From a gamma proteobacterium symbiont of Ctena orbiculata (lineage in GTDB: Bacteria; Pseudomonadota; Gammaproteobacteria; Chromatiales; Chromatiaceae): 64,000 nt of DNA. Where the stretch lies: NCBI GenBank assembly GCA_003058495.1, contig QBVC01000008.1:19164-83163 (forward strand). Reading direction: 5' to 3'. A program made the translations under genes and the position numbers. Positions 48,823 through 58,101 of the stretch are shown piece after piece; positions within the stretch are counted from its first letter, which is position 1; every line of letters starts with the position of its first letter. The notes below the pieces were generated by a model. The model ran no database searches. It was not told the DNA's origin and saw only the letters and a program-made list of their open reading frames with translations.

Positions 48823-50442
48823 ATGACGACAGATCATCAGCATGACGTTCTTATCATCGGCAGCGGCGCCGCCGGTTTGAGCCTGGCCCTGCACCTTGAC
48901 AGCGGCCTGAAAATAGCCGTCATCTCCAAGCGAGAACTCAAAGAGACCAATACCTACTATGCCCAGGGCGGGATCTCCGCGGTCCTGGACGAAGAGGACA
49001 GCATTGCATCCCACGTAAAGGACACCCTTGACGCTGGGGTGGGACTCTGCGATGAAAAAATAGTTCAGCTGGTGGTGGAACAGGGTCCGATGAATATCGA
49101 CTGGCTGCTCAAGGGCGGGGTCAATTTCACCCGCGATGACAACTCGGAATCCAGCAGCGGCTATCACCTGACCCGGGAGGGGGGGCACTCCCATCGGCGC
49201 GTCATCCACGCCGCCGACGCCACCGGTAAGGAGGTGGAAACCACGCTGCAGGCTCAGGTAATGGCGCAATCCAATATCGACCTCTTCGAACACCACATCG
49301 CGATCGACCTGATCACCAGCGAACGCAGCCAGGAGAAACAGCAAAAGCGCTGTTACGGCGCCTATATCCTCGATCACAAAAACAGCCGCGTCGAGACCTT
49401 TGCGGCCCGTTTCATCGTACTCGCGACGGGGGGTGCGAGCAAGGTCTATCAATACACCAGTAATCCTGATGTCGCCACCGGCGATGGGATCGCCATGGCC
49501 TGGCGGGCCGGCTGCCGGGTCGCCAATATGGAGTTCATCCAGTTCCACCCCACCTGTCTCTACCATCCCGAGGCCAAGAGCTTCCTCATTTCGGAGGCCG
49601 TGCGGGGCGAAGGGGGGCAGCTGAAGCTCCCGGACGGCAGCCGTTTCATGCATCACTTCGATACGCGCGAGGAGTTGGCGCCCCGTGATATCGTCGCCCG
49701 CGCCATCGACCATGAGATGAAGCGCATCGGCGCCGACTGCCTCTACCTGGATATCAGCCATAAACCCGCCGATTTCGTCCAGGAGCACTTTCCCACCATC
49801 TACCGGCGCTGCCTCGACTTCGGCATCGATATGACGAAGCAGCCGATACCGGTGGTTCCCGCCGCCCACTACACCTGTGGCGGGGTGATGGCCGACGAGA
49901 AGGCACGTACCGACATAGCCGGTCTCTACGTCATCGGTGAAAGCGCCTACACCGGTCTCCACGGCGCAAACCGCATGGCCAGCAATTCACTCCTGGAGTG
50001 TCTGGTGTTCGCCAATCTCGCAGCCGAGGATATCCATGCCCTGGACGCAGAGACCCCCGAACCACCCGCACTGCCGCCCTGGGACGAGAGCCGGGTTACC
50101 GAACCCGATGAGGAGGTGGTGGTCTCCCACAACTGGGATGAGCTGCGCCACTTCATGTGGGACTATGTCGGCATCGTACGCAGCAATAAACGTTTGATGA
50201 GGGCCTGTCGGCGTATCGACCTGCTGCGCCGGGAGATCGTCGAGTATTACAGCAACTTCCGGGTCAGCATCGACCTGCTCGAACTGCGCAACCTGGTCGA
50301 TGTCGCCGATATGATCATCCGCTCGGCCCAATCCCGCCGCGAGAGCCGAGGACTCCACTTCATCATCGACTATCCCTACCTGGATGACCGGGTTCAACAG
50401 AGACCCACGATACTGATACCCGATAACTACTCCCCATACTGA
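48823..50442 (+). CDS. nadB: L-aspartate oxidase
   Basis: [34 protein letters not shown] and [13 protein letters not shown] motifs; divergent from rpoE. Confidence 0.98.
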   Translation: MTTDHQHDVLIIGSGAAGLSLALHLDSGLKIAVISKRELKETNTYYAQGGISAVLDEEDSIASHVKDTLDAGVGLCDEKIVQLVVEQGPMNIDWLLKGGVNFTRDDNSESSSGYHLTREGGHSHRRVIHAADATGKEVETTLQAQVMAQSNIDLFEHHIAIDLITSERSQEKQQKRCYGAYILDHKNSRVETFAARFIVLATGGASKVYQYTSNPDVATGDGIAMAWRAGCRVANMEFIQFHPTCLYHPEAKSFLISEAVRGEGGQLKLPDGSRFMHHFDTREELAPRDIVARAIDHEMKRIGADCLYLDISHKPADFVQEHFPTIYRRCLDFGIDMTKQPIPVVPAAHYTCGGVMADEKARTDIAGLYVIGESAYTGLHGANRMASNSLLECLVFANLAAEDIHALDAETPEPPALPPWDESRVTEPDEEVVVSHNWDELRHFMWDYVGIVRSNKRLMRACRRIDLLRREIVEYYSNFRVSIDLLELRNLVDVADMIIRSAQSRRESRGLHFIIDYPYLDDRVQQRPTILIPDNYSPY

Positions 50443-50497
50443 TCTAGCGCTGGATTGTATTGACCTGCCCGGATATCGACAGATATCCAGCGCCAAA

Positions 50498-50560
50498 TGG
50501 TGGGGCAGGGCCCCACCCTACCCAATCTAACAGACCCTAGGGTGGGGCCCTGCCCCACCA
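50498..50560. repeat. REP-like inverted doublet (GTAG family)
   Basis: Perfect 23-bp inverted repeat (50498-50520 / 50538-50560); each arm is (G/C)TAG plus the GGTGGGGC-CCT-GCCCCACC hairpin. Confidence 0.75.
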
Positions 50561-50598
50561 ATGTTGGCCTTTCGCTTTAACTCCTCAGTGGATGAGCA

Positions 50599-51282
50599 TT
50601 AATTTCGCACTGGTTTTGGGCTCATTTGCGGTTTGAATAGTTCACCTAATTCAAAACATTTATAGGGATTGTGGTCACTGATCTCCAATACCCTGGGCAA
50701 CCGGGGCTGGGTAATACGCTTGCGGCGCCAGAATCCTGGGAGCTGCATCGCCTGATTCAGGGCCTGTACCCGGGTATCGCCCTGGTAGCGCTCGGCCAGC
50801 CGCTGTTGACAGGATGCGAAGTGCTGCAGCGGAAGACCCTCGACCAGCCAATAGAAGTGGTTGTGCCCCACCGAGGTTTGCACCCGGAGATGGGGCTTGA
50901 GGGGGAAGCGGCCGGGATCGGATCCCCGGTCATCGTCCAGAAACAGGGCCCTGACCCGACGGATATCGGCACTGCGCCTCCCTCGGCCGTTGCCATGATT
51001 GATGGTGACGGCGATCACCGCGCCCTGGCGGTTGAGGGCAACGAGACGGTGCCAGCAGGCATCGAGGGAGCCATGGATCTCCTGCTGCAGGGGATCTCCA
51101 GTGCTTGACCGCGTATAACCCGTGTCGGAAAAGGTGCGGAACGAGAAATAACCGGCCTCGGGATCCAAGCGCATCAGAAAGCGCTCCGACTCTTCCCTCT
51201 GCGCTTGCAGTTCGCGACCCTGGAACTCGATCCAACGAGCGATATGGCTGGTATTGGGGTCCCGCTTGAAGAGACGCTTCAC
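50599..51282 (-). CDS. Stand-alone RepB DNA-primase (AEP superfamily) domain protein
   Basis: YFSFRTFSD, VTINHGNGRGRRSADIRRVRALFLDDD, QTSVGHNHFYWLV and MQLPGF match the RepB'-type primase pattern; GTG start 5 nt after the upstream stop. Confidence 0.72.
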   Translation of the reverse strand: MKRLFKRDPNTSHIARWIEFQGRELQAQREESERFLMRLDPEAGYFSFRTFSDTGYTRSSTGDPLQQEIHGSLDACWHRLVALNRQGAVIAVTINHGNGRGRRSADIRRVRALFLDDDRGSDPGRFPLKPHLRVQTSVGHNHFYWLVEGLPLQHFASCQQRLAERYQGDTRVQALNQAMQLPGFWRRKRITQPRLPRVLEISDHNPYKCFELGELFKPQMSPKPVRN

Positions 51283-51287
51283 GCAGC

Positions 51288-52079
51288 CTAGGCACCGGTG
51301 AAGGCGTAGGCGCCGTAGCCGACCACCTGCTCCTTGCTGCCCGCGGTGTCGCCGGAGTTGCGCAGATCGATCAATTCGCCCTGCAGACCGAGGCGCTTCG
51401 CCTCCAACAACAGGCCCTGCACCGGTATTCGACCACAGGCATCCTCATAGTCGAGACGCTCGGGATGCAGGGTAAGGATGGCGTCACTGGTCGCCCTGTC
51501 CATGCGCTGTGCGGTGGCATAGTCGTGATAGTGGCTGAGATCGGAACTGATCACGATCAGGGTCTCCTGCCCGCCCCAGAGCTTGGCCAGCACCTCCGCC
51601 ACCTGCTCACCAGAGGCATCACCCACCACCAGGGGAACAAGATTGAAGTCCTGCAGCACGCTCTGCAGAAACGGCAACTGCACCTCCAGGGAGTGCTCCT
51701 GGGCATGCGCCGCCTCGAGACGAGCCACCTGAGGCAAGGCCTCCAGGGCCTCGAGCGCCTGCCGGTCGATGGGGATATCGCCCAAGGGTGTACGGAAGTA
51801 GTCCGCCTCGCTGGTGGCCAGTCCGTAGAAGGGAACCCGGTGAGAGGGTCCCAGAAGCACCACACGGCTGATGCGACCGGCCGCGGCGGCCAGCCTTGCG
51901 TAGGCACTGGCGGCAATCGGGCCCGAATAGATATAGCCTGCATGGGGGACGATCACAGCCTTCGGCGGATTCCCGGGCCCTGCGACCGAGTCGAGATACC
52001 CGCCTACCATCGACTGCAGGCTGTCCGCATCCCCGGGATAAAAAAGATCTGATACCGCGGGATTTCTGATCATCGTCAT
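51288..52079 (-). CDS. amrB: AmmeMemoRadiSam system protein B (MEMO1 family)
   Basis: IRNPAVSDLFYP, IVPHAGYIYSG, LGPSH, EHSLEVQLPFLQ, ISSDLSHY and VVGYGA motifs. Confidence 0.95.
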   Translation of the reverse strand: MTMIRNPAVSDLFYPGDADSLQSMVGGYLDSVAGPGNPPKAVIVPHAGYIYSGPIAASAYARLAAAAGRISRVVLLGPSHRVPFYGLATSEADYFRTPLGDIPIDRQALEALEALPQVARLEAAHAQEHSLEVQLPFLQSVLQDFNLVPLVVGDASGEQVAEVLAKLWGGQETLIVISSDLSHYHDYATAQRMDRATSDAILTLHPERLDYEDACGRIPVQGLLLEAKRLGLQGELIDLRNSGDTAGSKEQVVGYGAYAFTGA

Positions 52080-52102
52080 AACAACCACCTCGATACTCTA
52101 AG

Positions 52103-52180
52103 AGTTTTGAGTTTTGAGTTGTTAAGACCTAATCAATAAGTCGTGAGCGAAGCGAACCCATCAACTAAAAACTCAAAACT
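52103..52180. repeat. Short inverted-repeat element with heptamer (GTTTTGA) units
   Basis: AGTTTTGAGTTTTGAGTTG matches the reverse complement of CAACTAAAAACTCAAAACT at 18 of 19 positions, around a GAGCGAAGCGA core. Confidence 0.6.
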
Positions 52181-52194
52181 TTGTAATATCCTAT

Positions 52195-53268
52195 TCAATA
52201 ACTCATCCTGACCGCCTGCCGCCTGCTCCCCCAGGCGCCGGGTTTTGACTCGAAGTGACCGGCCAGGCGGGTGCCGCACTGTTCGCAACAGCCCTGATCG
52301 TCGAGATGCCATTGACCCAGTTGGTACCAATCCCGCTCGATCAGGAGCCTGCTGCAATGGTGGCACCAGGTGCTCGACTCCTGGCTGTCATGCACATTGC
52401 CCACATAGGCATAGCGTACGCCGTTGTCTATCGCGATCTTGCGTGCCCGACTGAGGGTGGCGTGGGGGGTGGGCGGGTGGTCGCGCATCTTCCAATCGGG
52501 ATGAAAGGCGGTGAAATGGAGGGGAACCTCCGAACCCAGATTCTCCACAACCCATCGGCTAAGCGCGTCGAGCTCCTGATCCGAGTCGTTCTCTCCGGGA
52601 ATCAGCAGCGTTGTTATCTCCACCCAGACCCCGGTCTCCCGCTTCAGGTATTTCAGGGTATCGAGTACCGGCTCAAGATGGGCGCCCGTCAGCTTGTGAT
52701 AGAACGCCTCGTCGAAGGATTTCAAATCCACGTTTGCCGCATCCATGTGGCGATAGAACTCCTCTCTCGGCTCGGCACAGACATAGCCTGCCGTCACCGC
52801 GACCGACTTGATGTCATACTCGGCGCAGGCCTTGGCGACATCGATGGCGTATTCATGGAAAATCACCGGATCGTTATAGGTATAGGCGACGCTCCTGCAG
52901 CCCAGCTGCCTGGCTGTCTGCGCTATCGCCTCCGGTGATGCCTCATCGGCCAGGGTGTCCATCTCGCGGGATTTGCTGATATCCCAGTTCTGACAGAACT
53001 TGCAGGCCAGATTGCAACCGGCGGTACCGAAGGAGAACACGGGGGTGCCGGGCAAAAAGTGATTGAGCGGCTTTTTCTCGATGGGATCGACGCAGAAGCC
53101 GCTCGATCTGCCATAGGTGTTCAGCACAATGGCGCCCTGATGATTCTCCCTGACATAACAGAATCCCTGCTTCCCCTCCTTGACCCGGCAATAGCGTGGG
53201 CATAGATCGCACTGGATCCGCTCAGCATCGACTCTGTGCCAATATCTGGTGGGAAAATAGGGCTTCAT
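52195..53268 (-). CDS. amrS: AmmeMemoRadiSam system radical SAM enzyme
   Basis: QCDLCPRYC, DPIEKKPLNHF, CNLACKFC (CxxxCxxC), AFHPDWKM and YAYVGN motifs; ATG 53268 preferred. Confidence 0.95.
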   Translation of the reverse strand: MKPYFPTRYWHRVDAERIQCDLCPRYCRVKEGKQGFCYVRENHQGAIVLNTYGRSSGFCVDPIEKKPLNHFLPGTPVFSFGTAGCNLACKFCQNWDISKSREMDTLADEASPEAIAQTARQLGCRSVAYTYNDPVIFHEYAIDVAKACAEYDIKSVAVTAGYVCAEPREEFYRHMDAANVDLKSFDEAFYHKLTGAHLEPVLDTLKYLKRETGVWVEITTLLIPGENDSDQELDALSRWVVENLGSEVPLHFTAFHPDWKMRDHPPTPHATLSRARKIAIDNGVRYAYVGNVHDSQESSTWCHHCSRLLIERDWYQLGQWHLDDQGCCEQCGTRLAGHFESKPGAWGSRRQAVRMSY

Positions 53269-53303
53269 GGCGACCTCTGGAATAGGAACTCCTACTGTTA
53301 AAT

Positions 53304-55652
53304 TTAGTCCGACATCAGGCTTCTTGCAGCACCGATCGCGGCCTGGCCGAGGGCCAAACCGCCGTCGTTGGCGGGAACACGGCGCTGTGACAAGACCCGG
53401 AAACCGGCCTCCCGCAGCCGAGCCGTAACGAGTTCGAAGAGGGTCAGGTTCTGGAAAACACCCCCTGACAGGGCGATGGTATCCAACCCCTGTTGACGCG
53501 CCAGATCGATCGCCGTCTGGCACAGGCCCGCTGCCAGGCCGAGGTGAAAACGCCAGCCGATCTCACCCCTGTCGCGTCCCTGGCGCAGATCCTCCAGCAG
53601 GCCCGTCCACAGGGTTGCACAATCGAGCAGACAATCCCTCCCATCGATCCTCCTATGCAGCGCGTAGGGCCTCAGGCCGCTGTTGCGATGGATCGATGCC
53701 ACCGCTTCGAGCTCGATCGCGGCCTGGCCCTCGTAGCTGATCGCCTCCCGGCAGATCCCCAAGAGCGCCGCCACGGCGTCGAAGAGGCGCCCGCAGGAGC
53801 TGCTCAGGGGCGAATTGACACCACCCTCGATCATCCTCCCGAGCAGATCCACCTGTTGACCTCCAAGCCACTCAATCGGCTCCAGATCCCCCCACTCGGC
53901 CATCACCCGCTGCCAGCCCAGGTAGTGATTCAATTGACTGAAGCTGTTTCGCCAGGGCTGCAGGATCGCCTGGGTGCCTCCGGGCAGGGGTATGGGGGTC
54001 AACCAGGCGACACGCCGGTAGTCGATGTAGTCGGCAACCAGGAACTCGCCGCCCCAGACCGTGCCGTCAGCGCCGTAACCGGAACCGTCGAGGGCGATCC
54101 CGAGCACCCTGCCGCCCCGCAGCGGCCAATCGTTTTCCGCCAGCACACTGGCGATGTGGGCGTGGTGATGCTGCACCAGGACCAGCGGCACGCCCAGCTG
54201 CTCGCTCAGCTTCCCGGCGTGTTGGGTGGAGCGGTAGTTGGGATGCAGGTCAGCGATCAGCCGTTGCGGCCGGTGGTCAAACAGCTTGCCATAGAGTTCC
54301 AGATTCTTCAGATAGTCCTGATAGGAGACCAGATTCTCCAGATCGCCGATGTGCTGGGAGAGTATCGCCTCCCCCTCACGGGTCAGACAGAAGGTATTCT
54401 TCAGTTCGCCCCCCAGCGCGAGCAGCGGCGGGACCCGATCGAATCCCTGCGGCAGTCTGAGAGGTGCCGGCGCATAGCCCCGGGCGCGCCGCAGCACTCT
54501 CGGCCTGCCGTCCATGATCCGCACCACCGAGTCGTCGACCCGGTTGATGATCTCCCTGTCGTGCAGCAGAAAGAGATCGGCCAGCGGCTGAAGACGCTGC
54601 GCCGCCTCCTGGTTGTCGATGCACTGGGGTTCCTCGACACGGTTGCCGCTCGTCATCACCAGGGGTCTCTCCCAGCCGGCCAACAGCAGCTGGTGAAGCG
54701 GCGAATAGGGCAACATGAAGCCGAGCGTTGTCTGCCGCGGTGCTATGTTCTCCGGCAGCGTGCACTCCGGATTGCGGGGGAGCAGGAGTATCGGTGCGGC
54801 GGTGGCTTTCAACAGCTCCTCCCCTGCGTCGTCCAGCTGACAATAGCGTCTGATGATGCCGCAATCCCTCGCCATCAAGGCAAAGGGCTTGTGGTAACGC
54901 CCCTTGCGCTCACGCAGACGGGCAACCGCCGCTTCATTGCCGGCATCACAGGCGAGGTGAAATCCGCCGATCCCCCTGATCGCGAGAATCGCACCTTCGG
55001 CCAGGCGCCGTTGCGCCACCGCTATCGCATCCTCACCCTCCCGCTCGGCGCCGACCGCCCTGCCCGTCCCGTCGCTGAGCCAGACCCGCGGTCCGCATAC
55101 CGGACAGGCGTTGGGTTGGGCATGAAAGCGCCTGTCCGCCGGATCCCCATACTCCGCCTCGCAGGCATCGCACATGGGAAAATGGCGCATGCTGGTATGG
55201 CTGCGGTCGTAGGGTATGCCCTCGACAATGGTCAGACGCGGTCCGCAATGGGTGCAGTTGGTGAAGGGGTAGCGATAGCGGCGGTTATGGGGATCGGCGA
55301 TCTCCTCCCGACAGGCCTCGCAGGTCGCCGCATCGGGGACGACGCCGGTCTGCACCTGGCCCGAACGGCTCTCCGTGATGATGAACTCGAGCTGCGCGGG
55401 CAGCCGCTCCGTGGGATGGCGTTTCAGGGCATCGATTCTCGCCAGCGGCGGCGGCTGAGACAGCAGCTGCTCGCAGAAGCGATCGATCCGAACCTGTTCC
55501 CCGCAGACATGGATCTCCACCCCACGGCTGTCGTTCCAAACCGCGCCGCGAAGTCCATTATCCCTTGCCAGGCGCCAGACAGTGGGGCGGAAACCCACCC
55601 CCTGCACCAGACCCTGAACCCGGATCTGTTCGGCGACCTCCAAACCAGACAT
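53304..55652 (-). CDS. hypF: Carbamoyltransferase HypF
   Basis: Acylphosphatase GLVQGVGFRP, zinc fingers (NCTHCGPR, CPVCGPR), QHHHAH, DGSGYG, SSCGRLFD and NDGGLALGQ motifs. Confidence 0.97.
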   Translation of the reverse strand: MSGLEVAEQIRVQGLVQGVGFRPTVWRLARDNGLRGAVWNDSRGVEIHVCGEQVRIDRFCEQLLSQPPPLARIDALKRHPTERLPAQLEFIITESRSGQVQTGVVPDAATCEACREEIADPHNRRYRYPFTNCTHCGPRLTIVEGIPYDRSHTSMRHFPMCDACEAEYGDPADRRFHAQPNACPVCGPRVWLSDGTGRAVGAEREGEDAIAVAQRRLAEGAILAIRGIGGFHLACDAGNEAAVARLRERKGRYHKPFALMARDCGIIRRYCQLDDAGEELLKATAAPILLLPRNPECTLPENIAPRQTTLGFMLPYSPLHQLLLAGWERPLVMTSGNRVEEPQCIDNQEAAQRLQPLADLFLLHDREIINRVDDSVVRIMDGRPRVLRRARGYAPAPLRLPQGFDRVPPLLALGGELKNTFCLTREGEAILSQHIGDLENLVSYQDYLKNLELYGKLFDHRPQRLIADLHPNYRSTQHAGKLSEQLGVPLVLVQHHHAHIASVLAENDWPLRGGRVLGIALDGSGYGADGTVWGGEFLVADYIDYRRVAWLTPIPLPGGTQAILQPWRNSFSQLNHYLGWQRVMAEWGDLEPIEWLGGQQVDLLGRMIEGGVNSPLSSSCGRLFDAVAALLGICREAISYEGQAAIELEAVASIHRNSGLRPYALHRRIDGRDCLLDCATLWTGLLEDLRQGRDRGEIGWRFHLGLAAGLCQTAIDLARQQGLDTIALSGGVFQNLTLFELVTARLREAGFRVLSQRRVPANDGGLALGQAAIGAARSLMSD

Positions 55653-55695
55653 AAAAATTACACCCTTACACTGTTAGTATTGGCAGCGATACATG

Positions 55696-55712
55696 CTGTT
55701 ACCCCGTAACAG
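55696..55712. promoter_or_regulatory. Candidate operator palindrome upstream of hypF
   Basis: CTGTTAC-CCC-GTAACAG perfect 7-bp inverted repeat about 45-60 bp before the hypF start. Confidence 0.4.
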
Positions 55713-55966
55713 TCGAGCCGGATATGAGTTGATCGATCTACAACGCCCTTTAGACCGGATAGATGTTCGAGGTTATCTCTCCTCTCTACTTTGAAAGCCG
55801 AGGAAAGTAAAGCTCATATCTAATTTAATACATTATATATACAATCTAAGATACTATTATTAATAGTAATTTAATATTTCCAGATCTGCTTGACAGGCTC
55901 CATAGCGAGGCATCTCGTCAGCGCCACAGGTCCCTCCTGGTAATCGCCGGAGAGCCTGCCTGGTGT

Positions 55967-58090
55967 TTGGGTCAGGCCGCCGCGGCGCTGCATCGTCTCG
56001 ACATCGGGGATTACCTTTGGATAGGGGAGCCGGCCGCAGATGGCATACGGGTCCTGAGCAACGATCAGGCACTGGGATACCTGGGGCAGGAGTGCGGACT
56101 ACTGGTCTACAACGCCTTTGCCGGTTTCGACCCGGACGCCTTCGGCGCTGTGAGCGGGACCCTGCGCGGCGGCGGGCTGCTGCTGTTGCTGACGCCCCCC
56201 CTGTCCCGGTGGCATGCCTACCCGGACCCCCAGGCCGAACGGATCAGGGTCGCCGGCTTCGAAACGGCCGAACTCGAGGGGCGATTTCTGCGACGGATTG
56301 CGACCCTCCTCGAGGGCGACCCAAGCGCGCTGATAGTGACCCGGGAGGCCGTACCCCCACCACCCGGCCACAGCGGAGCAAGCGCCCAACGACTGCCCCC
56401 CTTCACCCATCCACTCTGCCGCACCCGGGATCAGCTTACGGCCGTCGAAGCCATCGTCCGCGTCGTCACGGGGCACAGAAAAAGACCCTTGGTACTCACC
56501 TCCGATCGAGGCAGAGGCAAGTCCTCCGCCCTGGGCATAGCCGCGGCGCAGCTGATCAAGGCGGGTTACCGGAAGGTCCTGGTCACGGCCCCGAGACAAG
56601 GCGCCGTTGCATCACTCTTTGAACTGGCGGCCCGCGCCCTGCCCACGGCCGACAGCTCACCCTTCTCTCTCCATTGCGATGGAGGCCGTATAGACTATCA
56701 CGCGCCGGACCATCTGCTGTCGGATCCTCAGTCGGCGGATCTCCTGCTTGTGGACGAAGCGGCGGCGATCCCGACGGTCATACTCCAGGGTCTGCTCGCC
56801 CGCTATCCCCGCATCGCCTTCGCCACCACGGTGCATGGTTATGAGGGGACCGGGCTGGGATTCAACATCCGCTTCAAGCGTCATCTCGATCGGAAGAGGC
56901 CCCAATGGCGGGAGCTAACCCTTTCCGAACCCATCAGATGGGCACAGGACGATCCCCTCGAGCGGTTGATCTTCCGCCTGCTCGCCCTTGACGCAACCCC
57001 CGCGCAAAACAGCCTGGTCGGGGACGCCCAAGCGCACAATACAAGCCTCGAATTTCCAACCCGGGATCAGTTGCTGGCCCGGGAGTCCGACCTCAAGCAG
57101 CTGTTCGGCCTGCTGGTCACGGCCCACTACCGAACCACCCCCCTCGATCTGCGTCATCTGTTGGACGGCCCGAATCTGAAGATCGCCACACTGCGCCATC
57201 GCGGACTCATCGTTGCCGTTGCACTGCTCGCCGGCGAGGGCGGATTCAGCACGGAGCTGGCGGAGCAGATCTGGTCGGGCCGGCGCAGACCCCGCGGTCA
57301 TCTGCTGGCCCAATCCCTTGCTGCTCACCTGGGGCTCGCCAATGCGGCCACCCTCAAAGGCATGCGTATCATGCGTATCGCGGTCCATCCCGCGGCACAG
57401 GGCAGAGGCCTTGGCCGCCTGCTGGTGGAGTCGATACGGGAGGACGCCGGCAAAGCTGGCCTTGACTACCTCGGGACAAGCTTTGGCGCGACACCCGGCT
57501 TGATCGGCTTCTGGAGGCGTTGCGGGCTGCAGGCCGTGCGCATCGGCCTTCGTCCCGGCGCCAGCAGCAGCCACCCTTCAGCCATCTTTCTGCAACCGCT
57601 GAGCTCGTCCGGGGCGGCGATGGCAGGGGAGGCCAGAGGGTGCTATTCAAAGCAGCTCCCCGCCCAATTGGGCGATGGTTCAAACCGGCTCTCCAGCAGC
57701 CTGGCAAGCCTGTTGCTGCTGCATATCGACCATCCCTCGCCCACCAGGCTGGCATCCCAGGATTGGCTCGATCTGGTCGCCTTTGCCTTCGCCCGGCGGG
57801 GATACGACCTTAGCCTCTATGGGATCGAACGCATCACCCTCGCCGCCCTGGCCGAGGGGCTTGTCACGGGTGAGGATGCCAGGCTGCTTATCAAGCGCGT
57901 CATCCAAAAACAGTCGTGGCGGAGGTGCGCTTCTGACTTGAAGCTCTCGGGCCGCGGCGCCCTGGTAAGGCAGATCCGTCGGCTCATCGGCAACCTGGTG
58001 CTTCACTATGGCGATGATGAGGTTCTCGGGCTTGTCCGCCGCACCCGGGCAGGCGCGGACCGGTCGGAGCAGGATAGATCCTTGCCCTAG
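55967..58090 (+). CDS. tmcA: tRNA(Met) cytidine acetyltransferase TmcA
   Basis: SDRGRGKSSALG, LVDEAAAI, TTVHGYEGTGLGF, AHYRTTPLDL and GNAT RIAVHP motifs. The true start probably lies upstream (see findings). Confidence 0.93.
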   Translation: MGQAAAALHRLDIGDYLWIGEPAADGIRVLSNDQALGYLGQECGLLVYNAFAGFDPDAFGAVSGTLRGGGLLLLLTPPLSRWHAYPDPQAERIRVAGFETAELEGRFLRRIATLLEGDPSALIVTREAVPPPPGHSGASAQRLPPFTHPLCRTRDQLTAVEAIVRVVTGHRKRPLVLTSDRGRGKSSALGIAAAQLIKAGYRKVLVTAPRQGAVASLFELAARALPTADSSPFSLHCDGGRIDYHAPDHLLSDPQSADLLLVDEAAAIPTVILQGLLARYPRIAFATTVHGYEGTGLGFNIRFKRHLDRKRPQWRELTLSEPIRWAQDDPLERLIFRLLALDATPAQNSLVGDAQAHNTSLEFPTRDQLLARESDLKQLFGLLVTAHYRTTPLDLRHLLDGPNLKIATLRHRGLIVAVALLAGEGGFSTELAEQIWSGRRRPRGHLLAQSLAAHLGLANAATLKGMRIMRIAVHPAAQGRGLGRLLVESIREDAGKAGLDYLGTSFGATPGLIGFWRRCGLQAVRIGLRPGASSSHPSAIFLQPLSSSGAAMAGEARGCYSKQLPAQLGDGSNRLSSSLASLLLLHIDHPSPTRLASQDWLDLVAFAFARRGYDLSLYGIERITLAALAEGLVTGEDARLLIKRVIQKQSWRRCASDLKLSGRGALVRQIRRLIGNLVLHYGDDEVLGLVRRTRAGADRSEQDRSLP

Positions 58091-58101
58091 GCCAGGCCGA
58101 A

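Noticed and set aside
52195-53523. 442-aa version of the radical SAM ORF
   Set aside because: The N-terminal extension overlaps the hypF 3' end; family-like sequence starts at ATG 53268.
55728-55744. GTTGATCGATCTACAAC as an FNR site upstream of hypF
   Set aside because: Half-site spacing does not fit the 14-bp FNR consensus.
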